Of a stretch of DNA of 64,000 bases, positions 19,618 to 31,980 are shown in pieces; the stretch's first letter is position 1; each line of letters begins with the position of its first letter. Position numbers and translations under genes: made by a program. Location: the NCBI GenBank assembly GCA_018715775.1, contig DVKZ01000002.1, forward strand, positions 253-64,252, given 5' to 3'. Origin of the DNA: Candidatus Fimousia stercorigallinarum (GTDB taxonomy: Bacteria > Bacillota > Clostridia > Lachnospirales > Lachnospiraceae). The notes below the pieces were generated by a model that was not told the DNA's origin, did no database searches, and saw only the letters and a program-made list of their open reading frames with translations.

Positions 19618-19986
19618 ATGAATCGACGGAAAATAGGAAGTGAATATGAAAATGCGGTTGCAAAAGCTTTGGAAAATCGGGGATATCGGGTGATCGAGCG
19701 GAATTTTCGGTGCAGGATCGGAGAAATCGACCTGATCGCATTGTATGACCGGTATTTGGTCTTCGTCGAAGTGAAGTATCGCAAAGATGAGAAAAAAGGA
19801 TGGCCGCAGGAGGCGGTGGATCGGCATAAACAGCAGGTGATCAGTCGGGTGGCAGATTATTATATGTTCCATCATCCGGAATATCACAACTATCAGATAC
19901 GGTTTGACGTTGCGGCAGTGTTGGGTACAAAATGGAAGCTATACGAACACGCATTTGAATATCAGGGAGGGAAGAGATGGAATTAA
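19618..19986 (+). CDS. YraN family putative nuclease
   Basis: GEIDLIA, FVEVKYR, RFDV; follows rnhB. Confidence 0.9.
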   Translation: MNRRKIGSEYENAVAKALENRGYRVIERNFRCRIGEIDLIALYDRYLVFVEVKYRKDEKKGWPQEAVDRHKQQVISRVADYYMFHHPEYHNYQIRFDVAAVLGTKWKLYEHAFEYQGGKRWN

Positions 19987-20804
19987 ATTTTAAAAAAGCA
20001 AATCAAAATCATTCGACCAATGTCCATATCGTGGATGGAGTTCCGTTCCTGACTTTTACAAAGATGGAAAAGACCGGTGTAAAGCATGGTTTTTCTACCC
20101 GGCTGGGAGGCGTCAGCGAAGGAATTTTTTCGAGCATGAATCTCAGTTATCACAGGGGAGATCGCCTGGAAGCGGTGGATGAAAATTATCGCAGGATGGG
20201 ACGGGCGATCGGTTTTACTCTGGATCAGAGAGTCTTTTCTAATCAGATCCATTCAACAGAGATAAAAATCGTATCCAAAGAAGACTGCGGAAAGATTATG
20301 ACAGGAATGGATGGTTTGATGACGGATGAATCGGGCATTTGTCTTGTAACAAGTTATGCAGACTGTGTTCCTTTGTTTTTTTATGATCCGGTCAAAAGAG
20401 TCATTGCAGCGTCCCACTCAGGATGGAAGGGGACTGTCGGACGGATTGGAAAAAAGACGGTTGAAAAAATGCAGGAAGTCTATGATTCAGACCCAAACGA
20501 TATTTTTGCAGCAATCGGTCCGTCAATATGCAGAGAATGTTATGAGATCAGCGAAGATGTGGCGATAAAATTCCGGGAGGAATTTCCGAATGACTGGTAT
20601 CAGCAATTTATGAAAGAAAAGGGAAATGGCAAATATCAGCTGGATTTATGGAAGACAAATGAGCTGATCCTGCTGGATGCCGGAATCAACAGTGATCATC
20701 TGGATATTACGGATGTGTGTACCTGCTGTAATCCCAGTCTGCTCTTTTCACACCGTGCGAGCAGAGGAAAAAGAGGGAATTTAGCCGGTTTTATTTGTCT
20801 GTGA
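19977..20804 (+). CDS. pgeF: PgeF/YfiH (YlmD) family protein
   Basis: FSTRLGGVS, QIH, ADCVP, HSGWKG, IGPSIC, FSHR. Confidence 0.9.
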   Translation: MELNFKKANQNHSTNVHIVDGVPFLTFTKMEKTGVKHGFSTRLGGVSEGIFSSMNLSYHRGDRLEAVDENYRRMGRAIGFTLDQRVFSNQIHSTEIKIVSKEDCGKIMTGMDGLMTDESGICLVTSYADCVPLFFYDPVKRVIAASHSGWKGTVGRIGKKTVEKMQEVYDSDPNDIFAAIGPSICRECYEISEDVAIKFREEFPNDWYQQFMKEKGNGKYQLDLWKTNELILLDAGINSDHLDITDVCTCCNPSLLFSHRASRGKRGNLAGFICL

Positions 20805-20940
20805 AGGATGAAATAAAGGAAAATTCATTTACAACTTTACATTTTTTATGTTATATTGTAAAATGCAGGGAAGACAGAGTAGTATATAATATTTACTGAT
20901 AGATAGAAACATGAAAATAACGAATTGAAGGAGAAGAAGT

Positions 20941-22266
20941 ATGGGTAAACCAATGGTAGCAATTGTAGGCCGTCCGAATGTGGGAAAGTCGACATTGTTT
21001 AATGTATTGGCCGGTGAGCAGATATCCATTGTCAAGGATACGCCTGGAGTAACGAGAGATCGTATCTTTGCGGATGTTACATGGCTGGATAAAAGTTTTA
21101 CACTGGTGGATACAGGTGGTATTGAACCGGAGAGCAATGATCTGATTTTGTCGAGAATGAGGGAACAGGCGGAAATTGCCATTGCAACAGCAGATGTGAT
21201 CATCTTTTTGGTCGATGTCCGTCAGGGACTGGTCGATGCGGATTTCCGCGTGGCGGATATGCTTCGAAGATCGCATAAGCCGGTTGTGCTCGTTGTAAAT
21301 AAAGTTGATAATTTTGATAAATTTTTACCGGATGTATATGAATTTTATAATCTCGGACTGGGAGATCCGATTCCGGTTTCCGGGGCATCGCGTCTGGGAA
21401 TCGGTGACATGCTCGATGAGGTACTGAGCCACTGCGATGAAGAGGCGCTGACAGAAGAAGAGGATGATCGTCCAAAGATTGCGATCATCGGAAAGCCGAA
21501 CAGCGGAAAGTCATCGATCATTAATAAAATGCTCGGACAGGAGCGCGTGATCGTTTCTGATATTGCGGGTACGACACGAGACGCGATCGATACGGTTGTT
21601 ACACGAAACGGAAAAGAGTATATTTTTATTGATACGGCAGGACTTCGCCGCAAGAATAAGATTAAAGAAGAAATCGAACGATACAGCATTATCCGTACTG
21701 TCGCTGCGGTGGAACGCTGCGATGTGGCAATGGTTGTGATCGACGCGCAGGAAGGTGTTACCGAACAGGATGCGAAGATTGCGGGAATTGCACATGAACG
21801 TGGAAAGGGTGTGATCATTGCCGTTAATAAATGGGATCTGATTGAAAAGGATAACAAAACCATTTATAAATTTACTTCGAAGATTAGAGAGACACTTGCC
21901 TACATGCCGTATGCAGAACTGATTTTCATTTCCGCAAAAACAGGACAGAGATTTCCAAAGATTTTCGATCTGATCGATGTTGTAGTGGAAAACTGCAGCC
22001 TGAGAATTCAGACCGGCGTCTTAAATGAAATCCTGGCAGAAGCCGTTGCTATGAAGCAGCCGCCTTCTGACAAAGGAAAGAGACTTCGTCTTTACTATAT
22101 TACACAAGTATCTGTGAAACCGCCGACCTTTGTTATTTTTATTAATGATAAAAAGCTTACGCATTTTTCATATACCAGATATATTGAAAACCAGATCCGT
22201 CAGACCTTTGGTTTTCGTGGCACACCGATTCGTATTATTACGAGAGAAAGGAAGGAGAAAAAATGA
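20941..22266 (+). CDS. der: Ribosome biogenesis GTPase Der/EngA
   Basis: Two G domains ([16 protein letters not shown]) and a C-terminal FGFRGTPI. Confidence 0.97.
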   Translation: MGKPMVAIVGRPNVGKSTLFNVLAGEQISIVKDTPGVTRDRIFADVTWLDKSFTLVDTGGIEPESNDLILSRMREQAEIAIATADVIIFLVDVRQGLVDADFRVADMLRRSHKPVVLVVNKVDNFDKFLPDVYEFYNLGLGDPIPVSGASRLGIGDMLDEVLSHCDEEALTEEEDDRPKIAIIGKPNSGKSSIINKMLGQERVIVSDIAGTTRDAIDTVVTRNGKEYIFIDTAGLRRKNKIKEEIERYSIIRTVAAVERCDVAMVVIDAQEGVTEQDAKIAGIAHERGKGVIIAVNKWDLIEKDNKTIYKFTSKIRETLAYMPYAELIFISAKTGQRFPKIFDLIDVVVENCSLRIQTGVLNEILAEAVAMKQPPSDKGKRLRLYYITQVSVKPPTFVIFINDKKLTHFSYTRYIENQIRQTFGFRGTPIRIITRERKEKK

Positions 22267-22880
22267 TATATCTCGCATTATTAATTGTGATCGGATACAT
22301 CTTTGGCTGCTGTCAGACCGGATTTTTTATCGGGAAATTAAATCAGATTGATATTCGCCAGTATGGAAGTGGAAATTCCGGAGCAACCAATGCTCTCCGT
22401 GTCCTTGGAAAAAAGGCTGCGTTTTTAACTTTTTTAGGAGACGCATTAAAAGGTGTATTTACTGTCTTGATCGCGCGTTTTCTGATCGCTCCGCATGTGG
22501 ATATGGATGCGACGGTTGTGATGTTGATTGGCGGACTTGCATCAATCCTTGGGCATAACTATCCGTTCCATATGAAGTTTAAAGGAGGAAAAGGGGTTTC
22601 TACAACCGGGGGTGTCCTGTTTGCAATCGATCCCCGTATGGCATTAATCTGTATTTGTATTATGGTGGTAGTAACTGGGGTGACAAAGTATGTATCATTG
22701 GCGTCGGTTACAATGATGATCGCGATTCCGTTCATGCTTTGGGCTTTTTGCGGATCGGATCCTCAGATCATCGGTTTAGGAATCGTGATCGGCCTTTTGT
22801 CGATCTGGAGGCATCGTGCTAATATTGTAAGATTAATAAAAGGCACGGAGAGTAAGATCGGACAGAAAGTTGAACGATAG
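22263..22880 (+). CDS. plsY: Glycerol-3-phosphate acyltransferase PlsY
   Basis: [27 protein letters not shown]. Confidence 0.95.
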   Translation: MIYLALLIVIGYIFGCCQTGFFIGKLNQIDIRQYGSGNSGATNALRVLGKKAAFLTFLGDALKGVFTVLIARFLIAPHVDMDATVVMLIGGLASILGHNYPFHMKFKGGKGVSTTGGVLFAIDPRMALICICIMVVVTGVTKYVSLASVTMMIAIPFMLWAFCGSDPQIIGLGIVIGLLSIWRHRANIVRLIKGTESKIGQKVER

Positions 22881-22919
22881 AGGAAGAAAAACGGTTAAGA
22901 CAATAAGGAGAAAAACATC

Positions 22920-24188
22920 ATGGGAAAAATCACAGAATATTCAAAAGAAGAATTAAAACAATTAGAAAAAGAATTGCTTGTAAAGTATGATGAATACGTA
23001 AACGCAGGATTAAAACTCGATATGTCCAGAGGGAAACCGGCTCCTTCACAGCTTGATCTTGTCAATGACATGCTCGGCGCGCTGGACACATATACAACGG
23101 AATCCGGTCTGGATGTACGTAATTACGGAGTGTTGGATGGAATTCCTGAAATGAAAAAGATTTTTTCAGATACATTTGGAATTCCGGCAGATCAGATCAT
23201 TGTCGGAGGAAATGCAAGCTTAAATCTGATGTTTGATGCCATGATGCGTTTTATGGTATTTGGAACAGAAGGAAATATTCCATGGGGAAGAATGGATAAA
23301 GTAAAATTCCTCTGTCCTGCTCCTGGATATGACAGACACTTTGGAATTACGGAATGTCTTGGCATCGAAATGATCACAATTCCGATGACAGAAGATGGTC
23401 CGGATATGGATATGATCGAACAGCTCGCAGCAGAAGATGCAAGCATTAAGGGTATCTGGTGCGTGCCAAAATACTCTAATCCTCAGGGTATCTGCTACAG
23501 CGACGAAACAGTAAAACGACTTGCTTCTATGAAAACAGCGGCCCCAGATTTCCGTATCTTTTGGGATAATGCTTATGGAATCCATCCGATCTTTGAAGAT
23601 GTAGAGGTACTGAACATTTTAGATGAAGCAGCTGCAGCAGGCAATCCAAACCGTCCGCTTTATTTTGCTTCGACTTCTAAGATTTCCTTCCCAGGTGCTG
23701 GTGTCAGCTTTGTAGCGGCAAGCAAAGAAATGGTGGAAGAGATCAAGAATATCATGACTTATCAGACGATCGGTTATGATAAGATCAATCAGCTTCGTCA
23801 TGTAAAATTCTTCAAAAACGCAGAGGGATTAAAAGCACATATGCAGGTTCTTGCAGATGCAATGCGTCCGAAATTTGAAATGGTATTGAATAAATTAGAA
23901 GAAGAACTTGGCGGAACCGGACTCCTTTCCTGGAATGCTCCAAAAGGAGGCTATTTTGTAGCGGTTGACACGTTAGAAGGCTGTGCAAAAGAAACCGTTC
24001 GTCTCGTAAAAGAAGCGGGAGTCGTTATGACGGGTGCCGGTGCAACGTATCCTTATAAAAATGATCCAAAGGATACGAATATCCGCATTGCTCCAACCTA
24101 TCCGACCATTGAAGAATTAGAAAAAGCGATGGAAATTTTCTGCGTCTGCGTTAAATTAGCAGGTGTTCAGAAATTATTAGATCGATAG
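22920..24188 (+). CDS. PLP aminotransferase, AspT/Rv3722c-like subgroup
   Basis: LDMSRGKP, RNYG, PGYDRHF, YSNP, WDNAY, STSKI, NIRIAP. Confidence 0.85.
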   Translation: MGKITEYSKEELKQLEKELLVKYDEYVNAGLKLDMSRGKPAPSQLDLVNDMLGALDTYTTESGLDVRNYGVLDGIPEMKKIFSDTFGIPADQIIVGGNASLNLMFDAMMRFMVFGTEGNIPWGRMDKVKFLCPAPGYDRHFGITECLGIEMITIPMTEDGPDMDMIEQLAAEDASIKGIWCVPKYSNPQGICYSDETVKRLASMKTAAPDFRIFWDNAYGIHPIFEDVEVLNILDEAAAAGNPNRPLYFASTSKISFPGAGVSFVAASKEMVEEIKNIMTYQTIGYDKINQLRHVKFFKNAEGLKAHMQVLADAMRPKFEMVLNKLEEELGGTGLLSWNAPKGGYFVAVDTLEGCAKETVRLVKEAGVVMTGAGATYPYKNDPKDTNIRIAPTYPTIEELEKAMEIFCVCVKLAGVQKLLDR

Positions 24189-24217
24189 TCATATATGCAG
24201 ATCCCCTTTCATATACT
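24188..24217 (+). promoter_or_regulatory. Putative sigma-E promoter of spoIVA
   Basis: GTCATA...CATATACT resembles the mother-cell sigma-E consensus. Confidence 0.55.
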
Positions 24218-24248
24218 ATTAGCAGTATAGTTGGAAGGGGATTTTTTT

Positions 24249-25721
24249 ATGGAAATATTTCATGTCTATAAAGATATCCGGGCGCGAACCAATGGTGAGA
24301 TCTACATTGGGGTGGTGGGTCCGGTTCGAACAGGAAAAAGTACATTTATCAAGCGGTTTATGGATCTGATGGTATTGCCGAACATGGAAGATGAAAATGA
24401 AAAACGAAGAGCAAGGGATGAGTTGCCACAGTCCTCGGCAGGTAAGACAATCATGACGACAGAACCGAAATTTGTTCCGAATGAAGCTGTTGAGATCACG
24501 GTAGAAGACGATATTCAATTAAAAGTACGCCTGATCGACTGTGTGGGATATATGGTAGAAGGAGCGGTCGGACATCTGGAGGAAAATCAGGAACGCCTTG
24601 TAAAAACGCCTTGGTTTGACTATGAAATACCATTTACGAAAGCTGCAGCGATCGGAACGAAAAAGGTTATAGAAGAGCATTCCACGATTGGCGTCGTCAT
24701 TACGACGGATGGCTCTTTCGGTGAGATTCCAAGAAGCCAGTATGAACCTGTAGAAGCGCAGACAATCATGGAGCTGAAGGCACTACATAAACCGTTTGTT
24801 GTGATCGTCAACAGCAGTCATCCATACAGCAGTGAGACAAAAACCATGGCAGAACAAATAAGAGAAAAGTATGAGTGTTCAGTAATGACGTTTAACTGTG
24901 AGCAGTTGAAAAAAGAAGATATGAATGAACTGCTTAAAAATATCTTACTTGAATTTCCGATCACAGCCATTGGTTTTTATACGCCAAAATGGATGGAAGC
25001 TTTGTCGATGGAACATGAACTGAAAAAAGCGCTGCTTTCCACGATACAGGAAAATCTGTCACAATTTGAAGTAATGAGAAATCTGTATGAGACTTCGATG
25101 AAGAAAAACGATCATATACAGAAAATGAAGATTGATGCCATTCATCTGGATACCGGTGAAGTGGACGTTTCCATTGTGTTTGATGACCGGTATTATTATC
25201 AGATCATCAGTGATTTTATCGGTCTTCCGATCAGTAATGAATATGAATTTTTAAAAACGATCCAAAGTCTTGCAAAAACCAAGAAAGAATGCGAACAGGT
25301 GGCTGAAGCACTGCACAGTGTACGGCAGAAGGGATACGGTGTTGTATCGCCGATGAAACGGGATATCTCCCTGGAAGAACCACAGCTAGTCAAACATGGG
25401 AATAAGTATGGGATTCGGATCAAGGCTCAAGCACCATCCATTCATATGATCCGCGCCAATATTTCTACGGAAATCGCACCGATCGTCGGGACGAAAGAAC
25501 AGGCGCAGGATATTGTGGATTATATGAAGGCCGGTGCCTCGAAAGAGGGAGGGAGCATCTGGGATATTAATTTATTTGGAAAGACGCTGGAGGAGATGGT
25601 CGGAGACGGAATGCAGGCGAAAGCTGCAAAAATGAATGAGGAAAGCCAGCAAAAGCTGCAAAATACGATGGAAAAAATAGTAAATGAAAGTAATGGAGGC
25701 CTTGTCTGCATTATTATATAG
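24249..25721 (+). CDS. spoIVA: Stage IV sporulation protein A
   Basis: YIGVVGPVRTGKSTFIKRFM, RDELPQS, MTTEPKFVP; C-terminal GGLVCIII. Confidence 0.97.
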   Translation: MEIFHVYKDIRARTNGEIYIGVVGPVRTGKSTFIKRFMDLMVLPNMEDENEKRRARDELPQSSAGKTIMTTEPKFVPNEAVEITVEDDIQLKVRLIDCVGYMVEGAVGHLEENQERLVKTPWFDYEIPFTKAAAIGTKKVIEEHSTIGVVITTDGSFGEIPRSQYEPVEAQTIMELKALHKPFVVIVNSSHPYSSETKTMAEQIREKYECSVMTFNCEQLKKEDMNELLKNILLEFPITAIGFYTPKWMEALSMEHELKKALLSTIQENLSQFEVMRNLYETSMKKNDHIQKMKIDAIHLDTGEVDVSIVFDDRYYYQIISDFIGLPISNEYEFLKTIQSLAKTKKECEQVAEALHSVRQKGYGVVSPMKRDISLEEPQLVKHGNKYGIRIKAQAPSIHMIRANISTEIAPIVGTKEQAQDIVDYMKAGASKEGGSIWDINLFGKTLEEMVGDGMQAKAAKMNEESQQKLQNTMEKIVNESNGGLVCIII

Positions 25722-25818
25722 AACAACAATGAAAGGAAAGGATAAACGATTTCTGCAGGGTCATCTGCCATGATGGTCTGCAGAAATCAGTATGTATAAA
25801 GATATAAAGGAGAAAGTG

Positions 25819-26295
25819 ATGAAAGTTACGATGTATACGGATGGAGCAGCCCGGGGAAATCCGAATGGTCCGGGAGGCTATGGAACAATTTTGCAATATG
25901 TAGATTCGAAAGGGCAGGTGCATACGAGAGAATATTCTGCAGGATATGAGAAGACAACAAATAACCGCATGGAAATGATGGCGGTCATCGCCGGTCTGGA
26001 GGCGTTAAATCGGCCGTGTGAAGTGGATGTTTATTCAGATTCACAATATGTGGTCAATGCCTTTAACCAACATTGGATCGAGGGCTGGAAAAAAAGGGGA
26101 TGGAAACGTTCCGGCAATAAACCGGTTTTAAATATGGATCTCTGGCAGCGGATGTTAAAGGCAATGGAACCGCATCAGGTCCGTTTTCACTGGGTCAAAG
26201 GACATGCCGGACATCCGGAAAATGAACGCTGTGATTTCCTTGCTACTTCTGCTGCGGATGGGACGGATCTGCTCATCGATGAAAATCTAAAATAA
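25819..26295 (+). CDS. rnhA: Ribonuclease HI
   Basis: [31 protein letters not shown]. Confidence 0.95.
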   Translation: MKVTMYTDGAARGNPNGPGGYGTILQYVDSKGQVHTREYSAGYEKTTNNRMEMMAVIAGLEALNRPCEVDVYSDSQYVVNAFNQHWIEGWKKRGWKRSGNKPVLNMDLWQRMLKAMEPHQVRFHWVKGHAGHPENERCDFLATSAADGTDLLIDENLK

Positions 26296-26387
26296 TAAAA
26301 AATAGGTGTGTAATTTTCATAAAATAAAGGATTTTTTTATGTCTATATGATATAATAATGAGAATACTGAAGAAAGTAGGTGAGCAT

Positions 26388-27191
26388 ATGGAAATTCAAT
26401 TATGGAGAGAAATACTGGCTCCTTACCAATTAGCTGTTGATGAACTGGTTGTGAAGTTCAATCATATTATTCGGGAAAGCCGGACAAGAGGGACTTATTC
26501 TCCGATCGAGCGTGTAGAAGGGCGCGTAAAGGACTTATCGAGTATTTTGAATAAGATGCAGAAGAAAGATGTCAATATGAATGATCTGGAGGAAAAAATT
26601 AAAGACATAGCAGGAATTCGCATTATCTGTCAGTTTGTAGAGGATATTTACCGAGTGGTTGAGATCATCGATGACCGCAGTGACATGAGGATCCTGGAAA
26701 AGAAAGATTACATAAAAAATGTCAAGAATACCGGTTACCGCAGTTTTCATTTGATCGTGGAATATGAAGTGAATACCTTAAACGGTCCCAAAAAACTTCC
26801 GGCAGAGATTCAGATCCGCACGCTGGCTATGGACTTTTGGGCGACGGTGGAACATTCTCTGCATTATAAGTATCAGCACCATATTCCTGAGTATATTCAA
26901 GATAAGCTGATCAATGCATCGAATGCGATCATTGTTTTAGATCAAGAAATGTCGGCCGTACGGGATGAGATTCTGGATGCTCAGAATTCGTTCCGCATTA
27001 AGGCAAATTTAGTTTCGGATATTCTGCACAGTCTTCAAAATCTTTATAAGGTCGGAAATCGCAGAGAGGTGCTGAAGATCCAGGAAGAATTTTATAAAGT
27101 ATATGAACAGGATGATATAGAGCTTTTGACTCATTTTGGCCATCAGCTGGATATGATCGCGGAAGGACATGGAGCACAGAGCCTGCAGTAA
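26388..27191 (+). CDS. Small alarmone synthetase (RelP/RelQ-like)
   Basis: GRVK, DIAGIRIIC, GYRSFH, EIQIRTLAMDFWATVEH. Confidence 0.92.
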   Translation: MEIQLWREILAPYQLAVDELVVKFNHIIRESRTRGTYSPIERVEGRVKDLSSILNKMQKKDVNMNDLEEKIKDIAGIRIICQFVEDIYRVVEIIDDRSDMRILEKKDYIKNVKNTGYRSFHLIVEYEVNTLNGPKKLPAEIQIRTLAMDFWATVEHSLHYKYQHHIPEYIQDKLINASNAIIVLDQEMSAVRDEILDAQNSFRIKANLVSDILHSLQNLYKVGNRREVLKIQEEFYKVYEQDDIELLTHFGHQLDMIAEGHGAQSLQ

Positions 27192-27236
27192 TTGCATGTT
27201 TTCGTGCTCTTACGCGTCTTTATAGGAGAAAGATAG

Positions 27237-28592
27237 ATGAAGTTACCAGTTTCGTTTGAAGAAACAATGAAACAATGTCTGGGCAGTGAATGGCCGGACT
27301 TTAAAAAAACATATGAAGAAATCGGATACTCCGGGATCCGCTATAATTCGTTGAAAATAGATCGGGAGACGTTTCTGTCGGTCAGTCCGGATGTACTGGA
27401 AGAAGTACCATGGTGTTCGACCGGATTTTATTATGATGGCAGCAGTCAGCCTGCCAAACATCCGTATTATCATGCGGGACTCTATTATATCCAGGAACCG
27501 AGTGCGATGCTGCCGGCTTCGCTGCTTCCTGTGGAACCGGGAGATAAAGTGTTAGACCTCTGTGCGGCGCCCGGTGGAAAGTCAACGCAGCTCGCAGGGA
27601 AATTACAGGGGAAGGGCCTGCTCGTATCGAATGATATCAGCGTTTCAAGAGCAAGGGCGCTTGTAAAGAATCTGGAAATGGCTGGTGTGACCAATGCAGT
27701 TATCATAAGTGAAAAGCCGGAAAAACTGGCTGCAAAATTGCCTGGTTTTTTTGATAAGATCCTGGTAGACGCCCCTTGTTCCGGAGAAGGAATGTTCCGA
27801 AAAAATCCGCAGATGGTAAAAGATTATGAAGAACATGGGCCGGCTTATTATGCAAATTTGCAAAAAGAGATTTTGAATGAGGCGGTGAAAATGCTAAAAC
27901 CCGGAGGATACCTTTTATATTCTACCTGCACGTTTTCACCAGAGGAAGATGAAGGAACCGCAGCATGGCTTCTGGAACAGGAGCCCTCGTTAAAAATCAT
28001 CGACAGTTTTTCGTTTGAAGGGCGCGCAAACGGAAGACCGGATTGGATTGGAAGCAAGGAAATGTCTTTGATCAGTGCTTACCGCATGTGGCCGCATCGA
28101 TTAAAAGGAGAGGGACATTTCGCAGTTCTATTTCAAAAGGAAGATGGTGCGTCCGTCACATATCCGGAAAGAAAAAGAAGCAGGCGTCTGACGGATGAAG
28201 CAGGAGAGTTTCTGAACCGAATCCGGTTGGAGGATCAGGGCGGTGTCTATGAAGAAATTGGCGGAAAGCTCTATCTTGTGCCGAAGCAAATGCCGGAATT
28301 AAAAGGAATCCGTATTGTCCGTTCCGGACTCTATCTCGGCGATATTAAGAAAAAGCGATTTGAACCGTCTCAGGCGCTTGCCATGGCCGTGAAAAAGGAG
28401 CAGTATGACGCCTGTGTTTTGTTATCCTTGGACGATGAACGCGTAATCCGGTATTTAAAAGGAGAAACAATGGAAGCAGAAGGACCGGACGGGATTGTGT
28501 TAGTATGTGTAGACGGATATCCGCTTGGATGGGGGAAATTAAACTGCGGAAGATTGAAGAATAAATATGCGGTATCATGGAGATGGATGTAA
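27237..28592 (+). CDS. RsmF/NOL1 rRNA m5C methyltransferase
   Basis: YIQEPSAM, DLCAAPGGKS, DAPCSGEG, YSTCT. Confidence 0.93.
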   Translation: MKLPVSFEETMKQCLGSEWPDFKKTYEEIGYSGIRYNSLKIDRETFLSVSPDVLEEVPWCSTGFYYDGSSQPAKHPYYHAGLYYIQEPSAMLPASLLPVEPGDKVLDLCAAPGGKSTQLAGKLQGKGLLVSNDISVSRARALVKNLEMAGVTNAVIISEKPEKLAAKLPGFFDKILVDAPCSGEGMFRKNPQMVKDYEEHGPAYYANLQKEILNEAVKMLKPGGYLLYSTCTFSPEEDEGTAAWLLEQEPSLKIIDSFSFEGRANGRPDWIGSKEMSLISAYRMWPHRLKGEGHFAVLFQKEDGASVTYPERKRSRRLTDEAGEFLNRIRLEDQGGVYEEIGGKLYLVPKQMPELKGIRIVRSGLYLGDIKKKRFEPSQALAMAVKKEQYDACVLLSLDDERVIRYLKGETMEAEGPDGIVLVCVDGYPLGWGKLNCGRLKNKYAVSWRWM

Positions 28593-29320
28593 TGAAAGAG
28601 GAAATTCGAATAGATAAATACCTGGCGGATATGTCAGTTGGAACGCGTAGCCAGGTAAAGCAGATGATTCGAAAAGGGATTGTGACGGTAAATGGAGAAA
28701 CGGTAAAAAAACCGGAACAAAAGGTCCGGATACAGCATGATCGGGTAGCGGTCAGCGGCAGGGATATCGCATTTGAGAACGAGGTGTATCTCATGCTTTA
28801 TAAACCTGCAGGTGTCGTTTCCGCAACGAAAGATCCGAGAGAGAAGACGGTCCTTGATCTGATTCAGGATAAAAAGCGGAAAGATTTATTTCCTGCCGGA
28901 CGCCTGGATAAAGATACAGAAGGACTGTTGCTGCTGACGAATGACGGAAAACTGGCGCATGAGATGCTTTCACCGAAAAAACATGTAGATAAAGTATATT
29001 TTGCATTGATACAGGGAAAAGTGACAACACAGGATCAAGAAGCATTTCGGCAGGGTGTTGATATTGGGGAAGACAAGCTGACGCTGCCGGCCGATCTGAA
29101 CATTTTAAAATCAGATGATGTTTCAGAAATTGAAATTACGATCCGCGAGGGAAAGTTTCATCAGATCAAGCGGATGTTTGAAGCAGTTAATAAGAAAGTA
29201 ATATATCTCAGACGGATTTCTTTTGGACCGCTGGAGTTAGATCCGGCTTTGCATCCGGGCGAATACCGGAAATTAACAGAAGAAGAAATCAGACTTATTA
29301 AAGGGGAAACAAATGAATAA
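28592..29320 (+). CDS. RsuA-family pseudouridine synthase
   Basis: S4 domain [26 protein letters not shown]. Confidence 0.93.
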   Translation: MKEEIRIDKYLADMSVGTRSQVKQMIRKGIVTVNGETVKKPEQKVRIQHDRVAVSGRDIAFENEVYLMLYKPAGVVSATKDPREKTVLDLIQDKKRKDLFPAGRLDKDTEGLLLLTNDGKLAHEMLSPKKHVDKVYFALIQGKVTTQDQEAFRQGVDIGEDKLTLPADLNILKSDDVSEIEITIREGKFHQIKRMFEAVNKKVIYLRRISFGPLELDPALHPGEYRKLTEEEIRLIKGETNE

Positions 29321-31220
29321 TGCCTTTTTACCAATAACAAAACAGGAGATGGAAGAGAGGGGATGGACGCAGCCGGATTTCGTCTATATTACCGGTGATG
29401 CCTATGTCGATCATCCGTCCTTTGGTACCGCGATCATCAGCCGCGTACTGGAGTCCCATGGATTTAAAGTTGCCATTTTGCCACAGCCTGATTGGAAAAA
29501 AAAAGAAAGCATCCGGGTGTTCGGAAGACCGAGACTCGGATTTTTAGTCACGTCCGGAAATATGGATTCGATGGTCAATCACTATTCTGTATCCAAAAAA
29601 CATAGAAAAAAAGATGCTTATACACCGGGCGGGGTTATGGGAAAACGACCGGATTATGCAGTTGTTGTATATTGTAATCTGATCCGGCAGACATATAAAG
29701 ACGTGCCGATCCTGATCGGCGGAATCGAAGCTTCGCTTCGAAGACTTGCGCATTATGACTATTGGAGCAATAAAGTAAAGCGTTCGATCCTGCTGGATTC
29801 ACAGGCGGATCTTTTGATGTACGGCATGGGAGAACACTCGGTTGTGGAGATCGCAGAAGCGCTGGACGCCGGTATTGATGTAAAAGACATTACCTATGTT
29901 GCCGGTACGGCGTATAAAGCAAAAAATCTCGATACAGTCTATGATTATGAGATGCTGCCCTCTTATCAGGAAATCTGCAGCAATAAAAGAACGTATGCGG
30001 AGAGTTTTTATAAGCAGTATACGAATACAGATCCGTTTCAGGCAAAGACATTAGTAGAGCCATATAAAGAAACAGAATATGTCGTACAGAATCCGCCGGC
30101 AAAACCTTTGTCTCAGTTGGAAATGGATGATGTATATGCACTTCTGTATACCAAAAAATACCATCCGTCCTATGAAAAACTGGGCGGAGTGCCTGCCATT
30201 TCTGAGGTTAAATTCAGTTTGGTCAGCAACAGAGGATGTTTTGGCGGCTGTAATTTCTGTGCCCTGACCTTTCATCAGGGCAGGATCATTCAGACGAGAA
30301 GCCATGATTCGATCATCAGGGAAGCAAAAGAGATGACAAATGATCCTGAATTTAAAGGCTATATCCACGACGTCGGTGGACCGACCGCAGATTTCCGACA
30401 GCCATCCTGTGAAAAACAGATGGAGCATGGAGTATGTAAAAACAGGCAGTGTCTGTTTCCGACGCCGTGTCATAACTTAAAAGCTGATCACAGCGATTAT
30501 CTCATATTACTGCGGAAGTTACGAAAAATTCCGAATGTTAAAAAAGTATTTATCCGGTCGGGGATCCGGTTTGATTATGTTATTTATGATAAAAAGAAAG
30601 ATTTTTTGAAAGAACTGTGCCAATATCATATCAGCGGACAGTTAAAAGTTGCTCCGGAGCATGTTTCGGACAGTGTTCTAAAGAGGATGGGAAAACCGCC
30701 GCATGCAGTATATGAACGATTTACGGAAGAATATCGGAAAATGAACGAAAAGCTCGGTATGGATCAGTATCTCGTTCCGTACCTGATGTCATCACATCCG
30801 GGATGTACACTGAAAGATGCCGTTGAACTGGCATTGTATCTGAAAAAGATCAATCATATGCCGGAACAGGTGCAGGATTTTTATCCGACGCCATCGACGC
30901 TGTCAACGACGATGTACTATACCGGTTTGGATCCGAGGACGATGGAGCCGGTTTATGTGCCGAAATCCCCTCATGAAAAGCGGATGCAGAGGGCGTTGAT
31001 GCAGTATCGGAAACCGGAAAATTATGAGATTGTAGTGGAAGCGCTGAAAAAAGCCGGAAGATCAGATCTGATCGGATTCGGTCCGAATTGTCTGATTCGT
31101 CCGAGAAAAGCAGCAGATGGAAATCAGGGTTTAACAGGAGAAAAACGAGAAAAGACCCGTACAAAGAAAAAAACGATCCGAAACATCCATACAAAAAAAG
31201 CAGGAAAGAGGAGACGATAG
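29313..31220 (+). CDS. YgiQ family radical SAM protein
   Basis: [35 protein letters not shown]. Confidence 0.93.
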   Translation: MNNAFLPITKQEMEERGWTQPDFVYITGDAYVDHPSFGTAIISRVLESHGFKVAILPQPDWKKKESIRVFGRPRLGFLVTSGNMDSMVNHYSVSKKHRKKDAYTPGGVMGKRPDYAVVVYCNLIRQTYKDVPILIGGIEASLRRLAHYDYWSNKVKRSILLDSQADLLMYGMGEHSVVEIAEALDAGIDVKDITYVAGTAYKAKNLDTVYDYEMLPSYQEICSNKRTYAESFYKQYTNTDPFQAKTLVEPYKETEYVVQNPPAKPLSQLEMDDVYALLYTKKYHPSYEKLGGVPAISEVKFSLVSNRGCFGGCNFCALTFHQGRIIQTRSHDSIIREAKEMTNDPEFKGYIHDVGGPTADFRQPSCEKQMEHGVCKNRQCLFPTPCHNLKADHSDYLILLRKLRKIPNVKKVFIRSGIRFDYVIYDKKKDFLKELCQYHISGQLKVAPEHVSDSVLKRMGKPPHAVYERFTEEYRKMNEKLGMDQYLVPYLMSSHPGCTLKDAVELALYLKKINHMPEQVQDFYPTPSTLSTTMYYTGLDPRTMEPVYVPKSPHEKRMQRALMQYRKPENYEIVVEALKKAGRSDLIGFGPNCLIRPRKAADGNQGLTGEKREKTRTKKKTIRNIHTKKAGKRRR

Positions 31221-31979
31221 ATGAAACAGATTGCCGTGATCACCGGAGCATCCTCCGGGATGGGAAAGGAGTTCGTAAGACAGTTAGCAGAGAGCCGCAG
31301 CAGGCTGGATGAGATCTGGCTGATCGCAAGAAGAAAAGAAGCTTTAGATGAGATACGAAAGGCTCATCCCGATCGGTTTTTCCGTCTTTTGCCATTTGAT
31401 CTGGAAAAAGAACAGTCGTGGAAGTTGTATCAGGAACAGTTGAAACAAGAACGGCCGATCATCCGGGTGCTCATCAACGCTGCAGGATATGGCGTGATCG
31501 GGAATACGGATGAAATCGGTCTGATGGAACAGACCGGTATGATCCGTTTGAATTGCGAAGCTTTAGAAGCGATGACGCAGATTTCGCTTCCGTATCTCAG
31601 ACGAGGAAGCAGGATCATACAGCTGGCATCTGCATCTGCTTTTCTGCCACAGCCGGGATTTAATGTGTATGCAGCTTCAAAAGCATTTGTTGTCAGCTAT
31701 TCAAGGGCGCTTGGGAGAGAACTTCGAGCCCGGGGGATCTATGTGACGGCAGTCTGTCCGGGACCGGTGCAGACAGAGTTTTTTGACCGGGCGGAGGCGG
31801 TAAAAAAATCGCCGCCTTATAAAAAAGCATTTCGGGCATCCAAAGAGAGAGTTGTTGCAAAAGCACTAAACGATGCAAAGAAAAAACGATCGATGTCTGT
31901 GTATGGGGGAGCGATAAATTTGATGAGACTTGGCGCAAAGCTGATTCCTCATGAATGGTTATTGAAAGGTTATCGATAA
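31221..31979 (+). CDS. Short-chain dehydrogenase/reductase
   Basis: TGASSGMG, NAAG, YAASK. Confidence 0.92.
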   Translation: MKQIAVITGASSGMGKEFVRQLAESRSRLDEIWLIARRKEALDEIRKAHPDRFFRLLPFDLEKEQSWKLYQEQLKQERPIIRVLINAAGYGVIGNTDEIGLMEQTGMIRLNCEALEAMTQISLPYLRRGSRIIQLASASAFLPQPGFNVYAASKAFVVSYSRALGRELRARGIYVTAVCPGPVQTEFFDRAEAVKKSPPYKKAFRASKERVVAKALNDAKKKRSMSVYGGAINLMRLGAKLIPHEWLLKGYR

Positions 31980-31980
31980 G

